Shown here piece after piece: positions 8,756 to 18,449 of a DNA stretch of 64,000 nt; positions within the stretch are counted from its first letter, which is position 1; each line of letters starts with the position of its first letter. The notes under the pieces are model-generated. The model was not told the DNA's origin. It worked only from the letters and a program-made list of their open reading frames with translations, and ran no database searches. The stretch comes from an uncultured virus (IMG/VR IMGVR_UViG_3300035698_026266). Its lineage: Duplodnaviria; Heunggongvirae; Uroviricota; Caudoviricetes. The DNA lies in IMG/VR virus record IMGVR_UViG_3300035698_026266, one strand, 5' to 3'. Both the position numbers and the translations under genes were made by a program.

Positions 8756-9325
8756 ATGTCAGAAGACAAAAATTTAGACAATGTTTCTAATGACAATAAA
8801 ATAATTGCCATTGGTTTTAAAGAAAAAGAATTATGGAATGATCGTCTTGAAGCTTCTTTTAATAAGAAACTAGATAATATTTTTAATAAAAACAAAATGG
8901 TCGTTATCTCTTTTGAAGAAAAACATTCGACTGAAACTCATATTGCTATTGATAAAGAAGAATTCAAGAACGTTTGTCTTGAAACCGTTTGGAGAAGATA
9001 TCAAGATGGTTATTGGTATGCCAAACCAGAAGAAGTCGAAGACGTTCCAAGTCTTACAAAAGAGCAAGTTGAAGCATTACCAGACGGTAACCCCAAAAAA
9101 GTAGCAGCAGCGGAATGGGATGATTATGAGAAACAATTGCAATTTAACAATCAAGATTTATTTATTTTTAATTTAATTGAAGAAGCTTTGAGAACTAGAA
9201 ATGGGCTTATTGCTTTCGATGTTCTTTATCAAAGAAAAAGTTATCAATATGAAGGATTTAAAATAGAGGAATGCTCCAAACAAAAAGAATTGCCTGAAGG
9301 CAATTTATTAGAAATAAAACCTTAA
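8756..9325 (+). CDS. Hypothetical protein
   Basis: AAGGA SD, 189-aa ORF. Confidence 0.65.
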   Translation: MSEDKNLDNVSNDNKIIAIGFKEKELWNDRLEASFNKKLDNIFNKNKMVVISFEEKHSTETHIAIDKEEFKNVCLETVWRRYQDGYWYAKPEEVEDVPSLTKEQVEALPDGNPKKVAAAEWDDYEKQLQFNNQDLFIFNLIEEALRTRNGLIAFDVLYQRKSYQYEGFKIEECSKQKELPEGNLLEIKP

Positions 9326-9366
9326 TGGGTGTCTACTTTTAGTTTGGAGATAATTTAGGAATAATT

Positions 9367-9777
9367 ATGAAAAATCCCGGCAAACCAAGAAAAACTTATA
9401 CGGAAATCAAAGATTTTTTCGAAAAAGTTGGATATAAACTCACAAGCAAACATTATAAGAACCAACACCAACCGTTGGAAACAATATGTCCAAACAATCA
9501 TGTATATATTGCAACTTAGAATAATTTTGTTAGAGGGAACAGGTGTAAAAAGTGCCTTTTGGAAAGTTATCCTCGTGAAAATTTGAAAAGAATTAAAGTA
9601 AGACAAGAGTATTTTTGTGTTTCAGATGCAGCAAAATATCTTCATGTTCGTGATGGCGATTTAAGAACCCATATTAGAAAAGGCATTTTGCCTGCTCCTA
9701 CTCGTAAATTAAAAGGTTATGTAAAATTTTTCTATACAGAAGCCGATCTAAAAAAAATAGAGGGAATGTTACTTTAA
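9367..9777 (+). pseudogene. Zn-ribbon plus HTH (excisionase/MerR-like) protein with in-frame TAG at 9517-9519
   Basis: MKNPGK...CPNNHVYIAT*NNFVRGNRCKKC is in frame with ORF 9559-9777 (VSDAAKYLHV...IRKGILPAP). Confidence 0.65.
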
Positions 9778-9894
9778 TCTTATTTATGGCTTTGCATTTT
9801 TGTGTAAGAAAAAGTTTATTAATGAATACTTAGCTCTTGAATATAAAAATGCGTTTTCTGATATTTTGTAAGATTTGAAAAGGATTGTCGTAAT

Positions 9895-10275
9895 ATGACT
9901 TGTCAGAACAGTGAAATTGATTTAACGAATGAACAACTTGACACGTTGAGGAACATGCTTGGGATAAACGATCCTTTTAAAAAAGAACCTATTCCATATC
10001 GAAATTATGCTGCCGTTGATCCTTCCAACTTAAAAATGAAAGAGTTGGAGTTGAAAAAAGTTGTTGAAAAATTTGCTTTCCATAGCAGTTATGATTATTA
10101 TCAAGTTACTGAAATAGGGATTGATTTAGCGAAGAAAAGCTTTAAGAAAATAAGGCATAAAAAAAGCAAAAGAAGATATTATTTGTATTTGACTTTAAAA
10201 GATTATAATTACGAATTGACGTTTCAAGAATTTTTAACAAGCGATGACTTTAAAGAACAACGACAAATGGTATAA
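9895..10275 (+). CDS. Hypothetical protein
   Basis: AAGGA SD, 126-aa ORF. Confidence 0.6.
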   Translation: MTCQNSEIDLTNEQLDTLRNMLGINDPFKKEPIPYRNYAAVDPSNLKMKELELKKVVEKFAFHSSYDYYQVTEIGIDLAKKSFKKIRHKKSKRRYYLYLTLKDYNYELTFQEFLTSDDFKEQRQMV

Positions 10276-10544
10276 TGGAATTGGTTTACCATACAAGCGA
10301 AGCATACAGATGAAATTTATTTTCAAATTACCTTTTAAAACAAAAAGCAGCACGTTAACTCACAATTGGACTCATTGTGCTTTTTCTTCAATTGATAGAA
10401 GAAATGAATTTTATGGCGTTTTGTCAATTAAACTACCTGAATTTAGAAGAAACAACATGTCTTTATTGACAAATCACTCATTTAGCATTGTAAGTTTTAA
10501 TAGCAATTATAACGCAAATTCTTTTAAATAAAAAGGCATTTACT

Positions 10545-10775
10545 TTGGCAACAAGAAAAGAAATTAGAGAAGATTGGTTTGAACGTGGTGTTGAAGAAAA
10601 ACAAGACTATTTACTTGTCATATGCGACACGTCTAATTACGAAGATTATCCTGTTTTTTGTAAAGAAGAAGATTTGGATGATATGACAAAATATTATGAA
10701 AATGCATCCATGCAAGAAAAATTAGCAGTTTATAATCTTAAACTCAATCGTGAAAAACAGTTTAAAGATTTGTAG
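10545..10775 (+). CDS. Conserved phage hypothetical protein
   Basis: TTG start; LLVICDTSNYEDYPVF motif. Confidence 0.55.
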   Translation: MATRKEIREDWFERGVEEKQDYLLVICDTSNYEDYPVFCKEEDLDDMTKYYENASMQEKLAVYNLKLNREKQFKDL

Positions 10776-10845
10776 GGCCATAGTGAAATTGGGATCATCA
10801 GTCAATGGCATTGATTAGTTACCAGATCGTACCCAGTTGGCTCCA
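10774..10845 (+). tRNA. Degenerate tRNA-Ala(GGC)
   Basis: AGTCA-AT-GGC-AT-TGATT; 3' TGGCTCCA; mismatched T-stem and first acceptor pair. Confidence 0.6.
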
Positions 10846-11526
10846 TTAGAAAAAATTAATATTATGAATTTCATGCAAAAGTCAATGTCTAAATTTAGAG
10901 TGGTGCGAATATATGATTTTGATACAGAAGATTCTGTTAGTAAAGGGATTACATTTACACCTTTTTCTACATTAGATGGTTACCTATATATCGGGTGTCA
11001 AGGGTTTGTCAATAGAAAAAGTTTTTTCAATAAACATGGCGATTGGACAAGAATGTCTTGTTTAAGAGAAACGGAGATGTATTATTCTTTCAAATAATTT
11101 TTCACTAATTGTAATACTAATAATATTCTTGCTGTGTTTGTATATTATCATAAATACTCCAAATAATAATGATTATGTTAAAACACCTTTTGAAATATTG
11201 CACAAACAAAAGTTGTCAGCTATGAAAAAGAATCGTAAAAACAAGACAGTAAAAGAATGTAAATCTTATTTTTACAATAATATTACAAAAATAAGAAACT
11301 CATTATCAAATATGATGGATAACTCCGACGATAAAAAGAAGTAAATTTTGATGAAAATTACTAAAAAAAACGGTTTCATTAGCGGATGTTCGAGAACAAA
11401 TGATTCTGGTCGTCTACAATGTTATTGTGCTATTTACGAAGATGCTTTTTCAACTTCGGGAATGGAAATTTCTTTTTCTAAATACAATACAAAGGTAGGG
11501 AGTTCTTTTTCGAAAGAAGCAGCAAA

Positions 11527-12033
11527 ATGGTTGATAAACAATCAAAATTAGACATAGGCACTATTGGCAGTTCACCGTGTGAAGTAAGGCTCAATTCTAT
11601 TTTAATAGAATTGAATAATGTTAGAGTAACTAGGTTGGTAACTAGTACGATTCACAAGTTTAAAAACAGCATTGCCCCACTTGAAGTTTTAAAAGGCAAC
11701 AAGCATTATAGCAAATATCTTTCATTGGTATACGAAGACTCTAAGCGTTCACTAGACATGAAAAGGGAAAACCTCCCTTTTTCTAATAATGTTTACACAC
11801 ATACAAGATGCTGTTTGGCCAGTTATTACAAAAATGCTCTTAAAGAGCATATGGAATATAAAAAAAAAGAACCAGAACCGATGGAATGTTATGATGTAAC
11901 GTTAGGTTCTATTTTGGGGGATGATCTTTACAATGAGCCTTTTTGTGATGAAGCTAATCAAAGACACATTGAATATATGGACAATAGAAAGCCCGGAGTT
12001 TTAGAATGGTTTTTTTCTAAAATATATTCATAA
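11527..12033 (+). CDS. Hypothetical protein
   Basis: 168-aa ORF in a co-directional run. Confidence 0.5.
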   Translation: MVDKQSKLDIGTIGSSPCEVRLNSILIELNNVRVTRLVTSTIHKFKNSIAPLEVLKGNKHYSKYLSLVYEDSKRSLDMKRENLPFSNNVYTHTRCCLASYYKNALKEHMEYKKKEPEPMECYDVTLGSILGDDLYNEPFCDEANQRHIEYMDNRKPGVLEWFFSKIYS

Positions 12034-12035
12034 AA

Positions 12036-12109
12036 GCGCACGTAGCTCAATTGGATAGAGCAGCGGTCTACGAAGCCGCAGGCTATAGGTTCGACTCCTA
12101 TCGTGCGCA
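12036..12109 (+). tRNA. tRNA-Arg(ACG)
   Basis: GCGGT-CT-ACG-AA-GCCGC; canonical cloverleaf. Confidence 0.95.
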
Positions 12110-12120
12110 TTGAAAACCAA

Positions 12121-12708
12121 ATGATTGATCCAATTAACATTACCAATTTCAACTTATCAAAAGAGCAACTAGAAGAACAGTTGCTTTTTTGGATATTAGC
12201 AGCAGGTAAAAATGGAGTTACTTCTGCAAAATGTTTAGAAAAATTTTTAACTAAATGTAAAACTTTTACTAGAAAAGAATTAACTCCGTTTGAATTAATA
12301 AAAACCATTTCCAAGGCAGATTTACCAAACATGATGAAAAACTGTGGAATAGGTTGCTATAATAACAAAAGTAAAAGTTTTATTGATCTTGTAAATTCTA
12401 ATTTAAGTTTAACGACATGTACAGTTGAGGATTTAGAAAAAATAAGAGGTATTGGCCCAAAAACAGCTAGATGCTTTTTAATACATACTAGAGAAAAATG
12501 TGAACTAGCTGGCTTAGACACTCACATTCTTAAATTTTTGAAAGATAATGGCGTATCAAATGTTCCTAAATCAACACCAGTAGGTAAAAACTATTTGAGA
12601 CTAGAACAGGAATTTTTAAAATTAGTAAAAAAAAGCAACATGAATGTGGCTGAATTTGATTTGATGATATGGAATAAATATAGAGCGGGTATAGTGTTCA
12701 GCGGATAG
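12121..12708 (+). CDS. HhH-GPD superfamily DNA glycosylase-like protein
   Basis: LEKIRGIGPKTARCFL HhH motif, LDTHILKFL, FDLMIW. Confidence 0.8.
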   Translation: MIDPINITNFNLSKEQLEEQLLFWILAAGKNGVTSAKCLEKFLTKCKTFTRKELTPFELIKTISKADLPNMMKNCGIGCYNNKSKSFIDLVNSNLSLTTCTVEDLEKIRGIGPKTARCFLIHTREKCELAGLDTHILKFLKDNGVSNVPKSTPVGKNYLRLEQEFLKLVKKSNMNVAEFDLMIWNKYRAGIVFSG

Positions 12709-12758
12709 CACGACTGTTTTCCACACAGTAAGGATGGGTTCGAATCCCCTTACCCGCA
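12685..12758 (+). tRNA. tRNA-Gly(TCC), overlapping the 3' end of the glycosylase ORF
   Basis: ACTGT-TT-TCC-AC-ACAGT; acceptor GCGGGTA/TACCCGC. Confidence 0.9.
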
Positions 12759-12778
12759 TTGTTCAACAAAGGAAATAA

Positions 12779-13342
12779 ATGAATTTATTTGAAAGAATTG
12801 AAAATTGGGTTGGCGCATATTTATCAGAAATAAAAGGCAAAAAATATGACTTTTCTTCTGTTCAATTTAATATGCCAGAAGGCATTGAAAGAAAAATGAT
12901 TAAATGGTCTAAAGAAAATATAGCCAAAGAAGATATTTATAAAAAAGAAGGGTTAGGTCTAGAAGACAACCCTCACGTCACTGTTCTTTACGGATTGCAT
13001 GACGAAAAGCCAGATGCTGTACGAAAAGCAGTTAATGATTATGGAAAAGTAGATGTTGTTTTTGGCGAAACCACATTGTTTGACAGCAATCCAGAATTTG
13101 ACGTTTTAAAAATAGACATTAATGGTCGTAGACTATCTGATTTAAATCAATTATTGAGAAAACAACCTCATACAAACAGTTATTCAGATTACCATGCACA
13201 CGCCACTTTTGCTTATCTTAAAAAAGGTAAAGGCAAAAAATATGTGAATAGTGATTTTAAAGGTCAAAAGTGTTCTTTTGGCACTTTGATTTTTTCTTCT
13301 AAAAATGGAAAAAAAATTAAAATTCCATTGAATGATAAATAA
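12779..13342 (+). CDS. 2H phosphoesterase, T4 57B/Acb1-like (candidate anti-CBASS nuclease)
   Basis: Two HxT motifs: PHVTVLYG and YHAHATFAY. Confidence 0.7.
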   Translation: MNLFERIENWVGAYLSEIKGKKYDFSSVQFNMPEGIERKMIKWSKENIAKEDIYKKEGLGLEDNPHVTVLYGLHDEKPDAVRKAVNDYGKVDVVFGETTLFDSNPEFDVLKIDINGRRLSDLNQLLRKQPHTNSYSDYHAHATFAYLKKGKGKKYVNSDFKGQKCSFGTLIFSSKNGKKIKIPLNDK

Positions 13343-13345
13343 AGC

Positions 13346-13732
13346 ATGGAGTTCAAAAAATGGTTAAATGATATTATTCCCGGCAAACCTCTTAAAAACA
13401 GATCGGGAGAAGCAATAACTTTATATCATGGAACTGATAGGGATTTCACAAAATTTGATTTAAAAAAGTCAACAATGGGATTGATTTGGTTTACCACCGA
13501 TAAAGAACAGATATTAAAAAAAGAAGTAGGTGCGCAGGGAAGTGGATTTATAATATCAGCAAATATCGATTTGGAAAATCCAGCAAACTGGAAAGAATAT
13601 GATCGTCTTTTAATAGTTCAGTTAAAGCAAGAAGGATACGACGGAGCAGTTTTAGAAGACAAAAATGGACATTTTGATGCTTTTGTCTTTGATCCTAGAC
13701 AAATACATGTAATTAATAAACAGCAAGTTTGA
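13346..13732 (+). CDS. ADP-ribosyltransferase-like (ART-PolyVal type) small protein
   Basis: LYHGT..F.KFD...GLIWFTTD...GYDG...FVFDPRQI; MEFKKWL N-terminus. Confidence 0.6.
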   Translation: MEFKKWLNDIIPGKPLKNRSGEAITLYHGTDRDFTKFDLKKSTMGLIWFTTDKEQILKKEVGAQGSGFIISANIDLENPANWKEYDRLLIVQLKQEGYDGAVLEDKNGHFDAFVFDPRQIHVINKQQV

Positions 13733-13766
13733 ACAACTTTACAGACCGTAAAGTTGTTTTATAATG
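13731..13766 (+). promoter_or_regulatory. Sigma70-like promoter with overlapping palindrome; near-copy at 49401-49436
   Basis: TTTACA-N16-TATAAT; AACAACTTTAC-N5-GTAAAGTTGTT inverted repeat. Confidence 0.65.
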
Positions 13767-13771
13767 GGCGT

Positions 13772-14353
13772 ATGAAAAATACAACAATAGAAATAACATC
13801 GGCAGTTGATTATTATAATTATTCATATATTAAAAACTATATTTTCGCTGAACGTTGGATGAAAGAACGTTTTGAAAAATATTCAAACGATTTAAAAGAC
13901 ACAAAAAAAGAATTTCCTTTTATTTGTGAATTAAGAGGAAGTTGGACTTGTTTTGATGAATTGAATGTTCTTTTGAATGAATTGAATGTTCTTTTGAATG
14001 AATACATTGGTCCATGTCAAGGAAAGTGTAATGGTATTTTATCTTTCACAGATAAAGTTCATTATTGTGATGAAGCAAAAATGTATAATTTCAATAATGA
14101 AGATTCAGAATTGTATTTTGAAAAATTAGAAGAAGTATTAGGTTTTTCAGTCGCTTTAAAGAGAATGTCTACTTCAAATATAGACATGCCAATTCACGAA
14201 CATGTAGGAGTGTGGAAAAATGCTACCTCTTGGAAAACAGATTATGATTATGGTTTTGTGTGTTATGCTTTTAAAACAAAAGAATTGTTGGATAAACTAT
14301 ATGCTTTATTGATAGCGAATGATGTTTTAAAGCCTCTTAAAAACACTTTATAA
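13772..14353 (+). CDS. Hypothetical protein with an internal 21-bp tandem duplication (ELNVLLN x2)
   Basis: ORF; ATG 7 nt after TATAAT. Confidence 0.6.
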   Translation: MKNTTIEITSAVDYYNYSYIKNYIFAERWMKERFEKYSNDLKDTKKEFPFICELRGSWTCFDELNVLLNELNVLLNEYIGPCQGKCNGILSFTDKVHYCDEAKMYNFNNEDSELYFEKLEEVLGFSVALKRMSTSNIDMPIHEHVGVWKNATSWKTDYDYGFVCYAFKTKELLDKLYALLIANDVLKPLKNTL

Positions 14354-14630
14354 ATATTATTCATAATAACTAATATAAGTTATTATGAATAATGAATTAA
14401 TCAAAGAATATATTGACGACACGATATCTGATGTTAAAAGAATTGGATACACTGTTAAATCTTATTTGTTAGATACAAATAGTTCTACAACATGTGTAGG
14501 TCTTAATTTAGCTAAAGAATCTATAACGACCAAAGAACGAGAAGTGATACATGGCGAACTTAACAAAAAAGAACGTGATGTATGGAAAGAAGAACGTAAA
14601 AGATTGTTTTTTTATATAAGGTAAAAACAA

Positions 14631-14933
14631 ATGGGTCTTGAATGGGAAAATGTTGGAAATTGGCACATTCATGGAAAAGATTGTATGATTTACTTATTGC
14701 CACGTCCAAAGTATTGTGATCGTGGCAATTACCTTTGCAGTTTGATTTCATTCGACAATTTCAGATATGAGATTGATGATGCAGATTTGTGGCCAAGAAT
14801 TTATTTCAAATTTGAAACTGCGAAAGAGGAAGTGGTTCTATGGTTGAAAACACGGAAACAATTCGTTCCTGAACAGTCTAAATGGACTAAAGGCGAAGGA
14901 GACTACAATGGAAAATGTTGTGATGAGCAATGA
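14631..14933 (+). CDS. Hypothetical protein
   Basis: AAGGT SD; PRPKYCDRG and WPRIYF motifs. Confidence 0.6.
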   Translation: MGLEWENVGNWHIHGKDCMIYLLPRPKYCDRGNYLCSLISFDNFRYEIDDADLWPRIYFKFETAKEEVVLWLKTRKQFVPEQSKWTKGEGDYNGKCCDEQ

Positions 14934-15300
14934 GCAATTAATGTTTATTGGAGTTTTAGTCAAATTCGTTTTAATTTCCTTCTTGCTTGGTGCCTTGCTT
15001 ACTTTGCTTAAATTCAATTTGGGCAAAAAAAATCACACTGCCTACTTAAAAAAAGCAATTTGCGGGCTGGCTATTTCTATATGTCAAATGTTTTTTATTG
15101 CTAATCTTTTTTGTTTGTTGGTAGGATTGAGCTTCCATATTTCTTTAATAAACACCCTTTTGTTGTATTTTTTCTCAATTGCTTCACTTGGTCTAACTGT
15201 GGATTCCATCAGAATGGATATAATAATCATTCAATTGAATTTGCGAGAAAGGCGAATGAATAAACAATTATTGAAAATAAAAAACAACCATAATATATAA
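14908..15300 (+). CDS. Membrane protein (about 3 TM helices)
   Basis: Three hydrophobic stretches. Confidence 0.55.
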   Translation: MENVVMSNEQLMFIGVLVKFVLISFLLGALLTLLKFNLGKKNHTAYLKKAICGLAISICQMFFIANLFCLLVGLSFHISLINTLLLYFFSIASLGLTVDSIRMDIIIIQLNLRERRMNKQLLKIKNNHNI

Positions 15301-15543
15301 TTATGGAGGTTTTTATGTCAAATCATTGGATTTTTAATCGCAAATTAGTTGAGCAAGAAGAAGCAGAGATAGAAGTAGAACTAATGGGTTTGCTCGAAGG
15401 TAAGACGTTTGAAGAAGAATCAATAACTGATTACTTGCAAAAATTGTCTCAAAACTATCAAAAAGATTACATTATTGGATGGAAATTAAGTTTTACTAAA
15501 GATTTTTTTGCATGGGTTAGCGACGTAAACATATATAAAAGAA

Positions 15544-15897
15544 ATGGATAAGAACAACTTTAAACAATATGTTGAACAACAAGAAACTTGGAAGGCGAAA
15601 AAGAGTGAAATTGTTGAATTTTGGAAAGGCTTGAGGCCCGGCCCTATACCTGTAGAACCCGTTCCAGAACATCACAAAGGCACTAGATTTCGTACAGACG
15701 GGATTAGAATTACAGGCAGTCCACCTTTTATTAACGGAATCATTTCAAGATTAAAAGATTTGATTAAATTTGAAGAACAGCCCGGCACAAGATTGGATAT
15801 TGAATATCGCCAGATAGAATCTAGTGAAGGCAATCCATTGCCAGAATACGTATTTTATTTGCATGTGCTTCAAGATGTCGATAAAGGAATTCAATGA
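15544..15897 (+). CDS. Hypothetical protein with virion-type N-terminus
   Basis: NFKQYVEQQE; TATATA upstream. Confidence 0.55.
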   Translation: MDKNNFKQYVEQQETWKAKKSEIVEFWKGLRPGPIPVEPVPEHHKGTRFRTDGIRITGSPPFINGIISRLKDLIKFEEQPGTRLDIEYRQIESSEGNPLPEYVFYLHVLQDVDKGIQ

Positions 15898-16133
15898 AGT
15901 TAAATGAAAAATGGTGTGAAAGATTAAAAAGTTTATCTGAAACTCAAACTCCGTATCAAGTTGTAGATATAGAATTCATTGATGGAAGAATTTTATCGGG
16001 AGCAATTGTTTTTAATTTTGAAGAAGTGGAATTACCAAATACATTTAGATTTTCTAAAATAAAGTACATTAATCTTTCAGAAGAAAAAAAAGAAAAAAAA
16101 GAATTTAAAAAATTGCATTTCAAAGAATATTAA
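15894..16133 (+). CDS. Hypothetical protein
   Basis: Translationally coupled ATGA overlap. Confidence 0.5.
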   Translation: MKLNEKWCERLKSLSETQTPYQVVDIEFIDGRILSGAIVFNFEEVELPNTFRFSKIKYINLSEEKKEKKEFKKLHFKEY

Positions 16134-16148
16134 TGAATATATAATATT

Positions 16149-16361
16149 ATGGGAGCTACATCGGTAACTGGTATTGGAAAAGGCGAATCTAATGGTCGTC
16201 AAAAACTACAAAATCATTGTGGTGGCTGTGGCTGCGGCACAGGACCAGAAGTAGTCAAATCGGTCCCTACTAAATCTGTATGCTCTGTAAGGCTTGTTAC
16301 AGGCAGTGGAAAGCGTACACACAGAACAGGTGGCGTTGGTAGAATAGCCGTTTGCTCTTGA
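16149..16361 (+). CDS. Small Gly/Cys-rich protein
   Basis: MGATSVTGIGKG...CGGCGCG; TATATA-N5-ATG. Confidence 0.5.
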   Translation: MGATSVTGIGKGESNGRQKLQNHCGGCGCGTGPEVVKSVPTKSVCSVRLVTGSGKRTHRTGGVGRIAVCS

Positions 16362-16391
16362 TCTTTAATTTAAAAAAGAAACAATTTGAAA

Positions 16392-16854
16392 ATGAAAATA
16401 TTTTATTCTAACGGTGATGCTTATTCGCCAAGAAATGAACCTTCTATTTTTTTTAGCTGGACCGACTCCAAGAACTAAAAATGTGGATTCTTGGCGACCA
16501 AAAGCTATTAGTATTTTAAAAGACTTGAATTATAAAGGTTCTGTTTTAGTTCCTGAATGTGAAAATTGGATTGACGGGTTCGATTATTGCAATCAAATTG
16601 AATGGGAGTTAATGGGGTTAAATTCTTGTACTCATATTTGTTTTTGGATACCAAGAGAATTAGACCACATGCCTGCTTTCACTACTAATGTGGAATTTGG
16701 CATGTGGGTTGCCAGCACACCTATTAAAGTTCATTATGGAAGGCCAAAAAACGCACCTAAAATGACTTATTTGGATTATCTTTATCAAAATTTTGTAGGG
16801 CGAATTCCTTTTGACAATTTGGGCGAGCTTTTAAAAAGCATAGTTGACGAGTAA
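16392..16854 (+). CDS. Nucleoside 2-deoxyribosyltransferase-like protein, with apparent extra-T frameshift in the T8 run 16447-16454
   Basis: FLAGPTPR...WR...QIEWE...FWIPR...TTNVEFG; upstream ATG frame MKIFYSNG...PSI joins FLAG if one T is removed. Confidence 0.7.
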
Positions 16855-16860
16855 AAGAAC

Positions 16861-16888
16861 TTTACAACTATCATAAATATGTTATAAT
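16861..16888 (+). promoter_or_regulatory. Sigma70-like promoter for the tRNA-like RNA
   Basis: TTTACA-N16-TATAAT. Confidence 0.6.
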
Positions 16889-16900
16889 GATGATGTAATG

Positions 16901-16983
16901 GGGCTAAAGCTACGGAGCAGCAGCATGTAGAAGGCGCACAGTCGCACCTTGCTGGTCGGCGGGATCGTTACCCGCTTAGTCCA
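16901..16983 (+). ncRNA. tRNA-like RNA with Ala-type acceptor and expanded anticodon domain
   Basis: Acceptor GGGCTAA/TTAGTCC+A (G3:U70), mini D-arm GCT-ACGG-AGC, CAGCA/TGCTG stem enclosing 24 nt, T-arm GCGGG-ATCGTTA-CCCGC. Confidence 0.65.
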
Positions 16984-17078
16984 TTGAAAAGTTATGAATG
17001 AACTGATTGTAATACTTTCGACTATTTTTTTTGGACTCGGCATCCTTTGGGGATGTTGGGCTTATATGTGGTTAAAAC

Positions 17079-17648
17079 ATGGAAGAAAAAAATTTTAATT
17101 TATTAGAACACCTACTAGAACGTGGGCATGGCCCTAACAATAAGACTAAAGTAGCCATTGATGAAAATTTGAATTTGGCTACTTTTTTTCTTTATAATCT
17201 TTCGGGGCAAATTGTGGGATATCAAAGGTATAATCCATTTGGGAAAAAGAAATTAAGAGATTCGAATAACGAAGATAATGTAAATAAAAGATATTATACA
17301 ACTGTCCCAAGTAAAGAAATAGCTTTATGGGGAATGGAAACATATGAATGGAAAAAAGAATATGTTTTTATTGGTGAAGGCATTTTTGATATGGTAAAAG
17401 TGCATAATGCAGGATATCCTGCATTAGCTCTATTGACTAAAAATTGCAATAAGCCGCTTAAAGGCTGGTTAAAAACAATTCCACAAAAAATCATAGGAAT
17501 TGGTGATAATGACGAAAATGGATCAGGATTGGCTATTGCTAATGTGTGTGATTACTTTTACAAAACACCAGACCCTTATAAAGATTTAGGGGAAATGGAA
17601 CAAGAAAAAGTGAACGCTTTTTTAAAATCTATTTTGAAAAAAATATAA
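17079..17648 (+). CDS. Small TOPRIM primase-like protein
   Basis: GQIVGYQRY, EGIFD, IGDND (DxD), YKDLGEM. Confidence 0.75.
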   Translation: MEEKNFNLLEHLLERGHGPNNKTKVAIDENLNLATFFLYNLSGQIVGYQRYNPFGKKKLRDSNNEDNVNKRYYTTVPSKEIALWGMETYEWKKEYVFIGEGIFDMVKVHNAGYPALALLTKNCNKPLKGWLKTIPQKIIGIGDNDENGSGLAIANVCDYFYKTPDPYKDLGEMEQEKVNAFLKSILKKI

Positions 17649-17679
17649 TATAAAAATCAAATATGAAAGGTTATATTAA

Positions 17680-17970
17680 ATGGATGTGAATTTAGAATCA
17701 CTCCCTTCTAGAAAGAAATTTAAAGTAGTTGTAAAGCTAAGAAAAACAGAAGAAATAGTAGACATCATTTACATGGAAGCAAGGGCAAAAGGACGAGCCG
17801 AAAGAGTGGCAATTGTTCTTGCTGGTGATTATTGGGGCGTTAACACTGGCGAATTGACTGCTACAGCAGAAAGAACTAAAAAGACTGTTTATTTTGGTTC
17901 TTTTAAATTGCTTGTAGGGATGTTAAAAGACGATTTGGAAGACGCAAAAGAAATTGAAATGCCTTCATAA
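17680..17970 (+). CDS. Hypothetical protein
   Basis: AAGG SD, ORF. Confidence 0.5.
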   Translation: MDVNLESLPSRKKFKVVVKLRKTEEIVDIIYMEARAKGRAERVAIVLAGDYWGVNTGELTATAERTKKTVYFGSFKLLVGMLKDDLEDAKEIEMPS

Positions 17971-18005
17971 GCAATTAGAACAACTGTCATTTAAGGAGTT
18001 TGGTA

Positions 18006-18449
18006 ATGTTAGCAGAAAAATTAAGAACAGAAATAAGAAAAGCCACATTGGGTAAAGAAGATTTTAGGAAAATGACTCTTAAAACGGCATTAGGTGAAGT
18101 AGAAAGACAAAACTTTAAAGATGTTTCATCTGACAAAAACAGTCAAAAAGCATTGAAAAAGTTGATCGAAGGCAACAGAGAATTAATCGAACAGACGGAT
18201 TCTAGCTTGGTTGTTAGTAGATTAAATCAAGAGATAAAAATACTAAGCGAATTCATTCCTAGTGACTTTGACAAGGATGAAATGCGTATGATGTTGCTTG
18301 AAGTTAGTGAAACAATAAAAGAAGCAGACAATAATGGACGAGCTATGGGCGTTGCCATGAAGTTCATGAAAGAAAAATCCGAAGAAGTTGGCAAAACAGT
18401 CAATGGTAATTTGGTAGCAGATTTAGTAAAAGAATTCAGGAAAGAATAA
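18006..18449 (+). CDS. GatB/YqeY domain protein
   Basis: Helical pattern EIKILSEFIP...MGVAMKFMK...VNGNLVADLVK. Confidence 0.75.
   Translation: MLAEKLRTEIRKATLGKEDFRKMTLKTALGEVERQNFKDVSSDKNSQKALKKLIEGNRELIEQTDSSLVVSRLNQEIKILSEFIPSDFDKDEMRMMLLEVSETIKEADNNGRAMGVAMKFMKEKSEEVGKTVNGNLVADLVKEFRKE

Noticed and set aside
16901..16983. Full tmRNA gene
   Set aside because: Only 83 nt between acceptor strands; no tag reading frame or pseudoknots.
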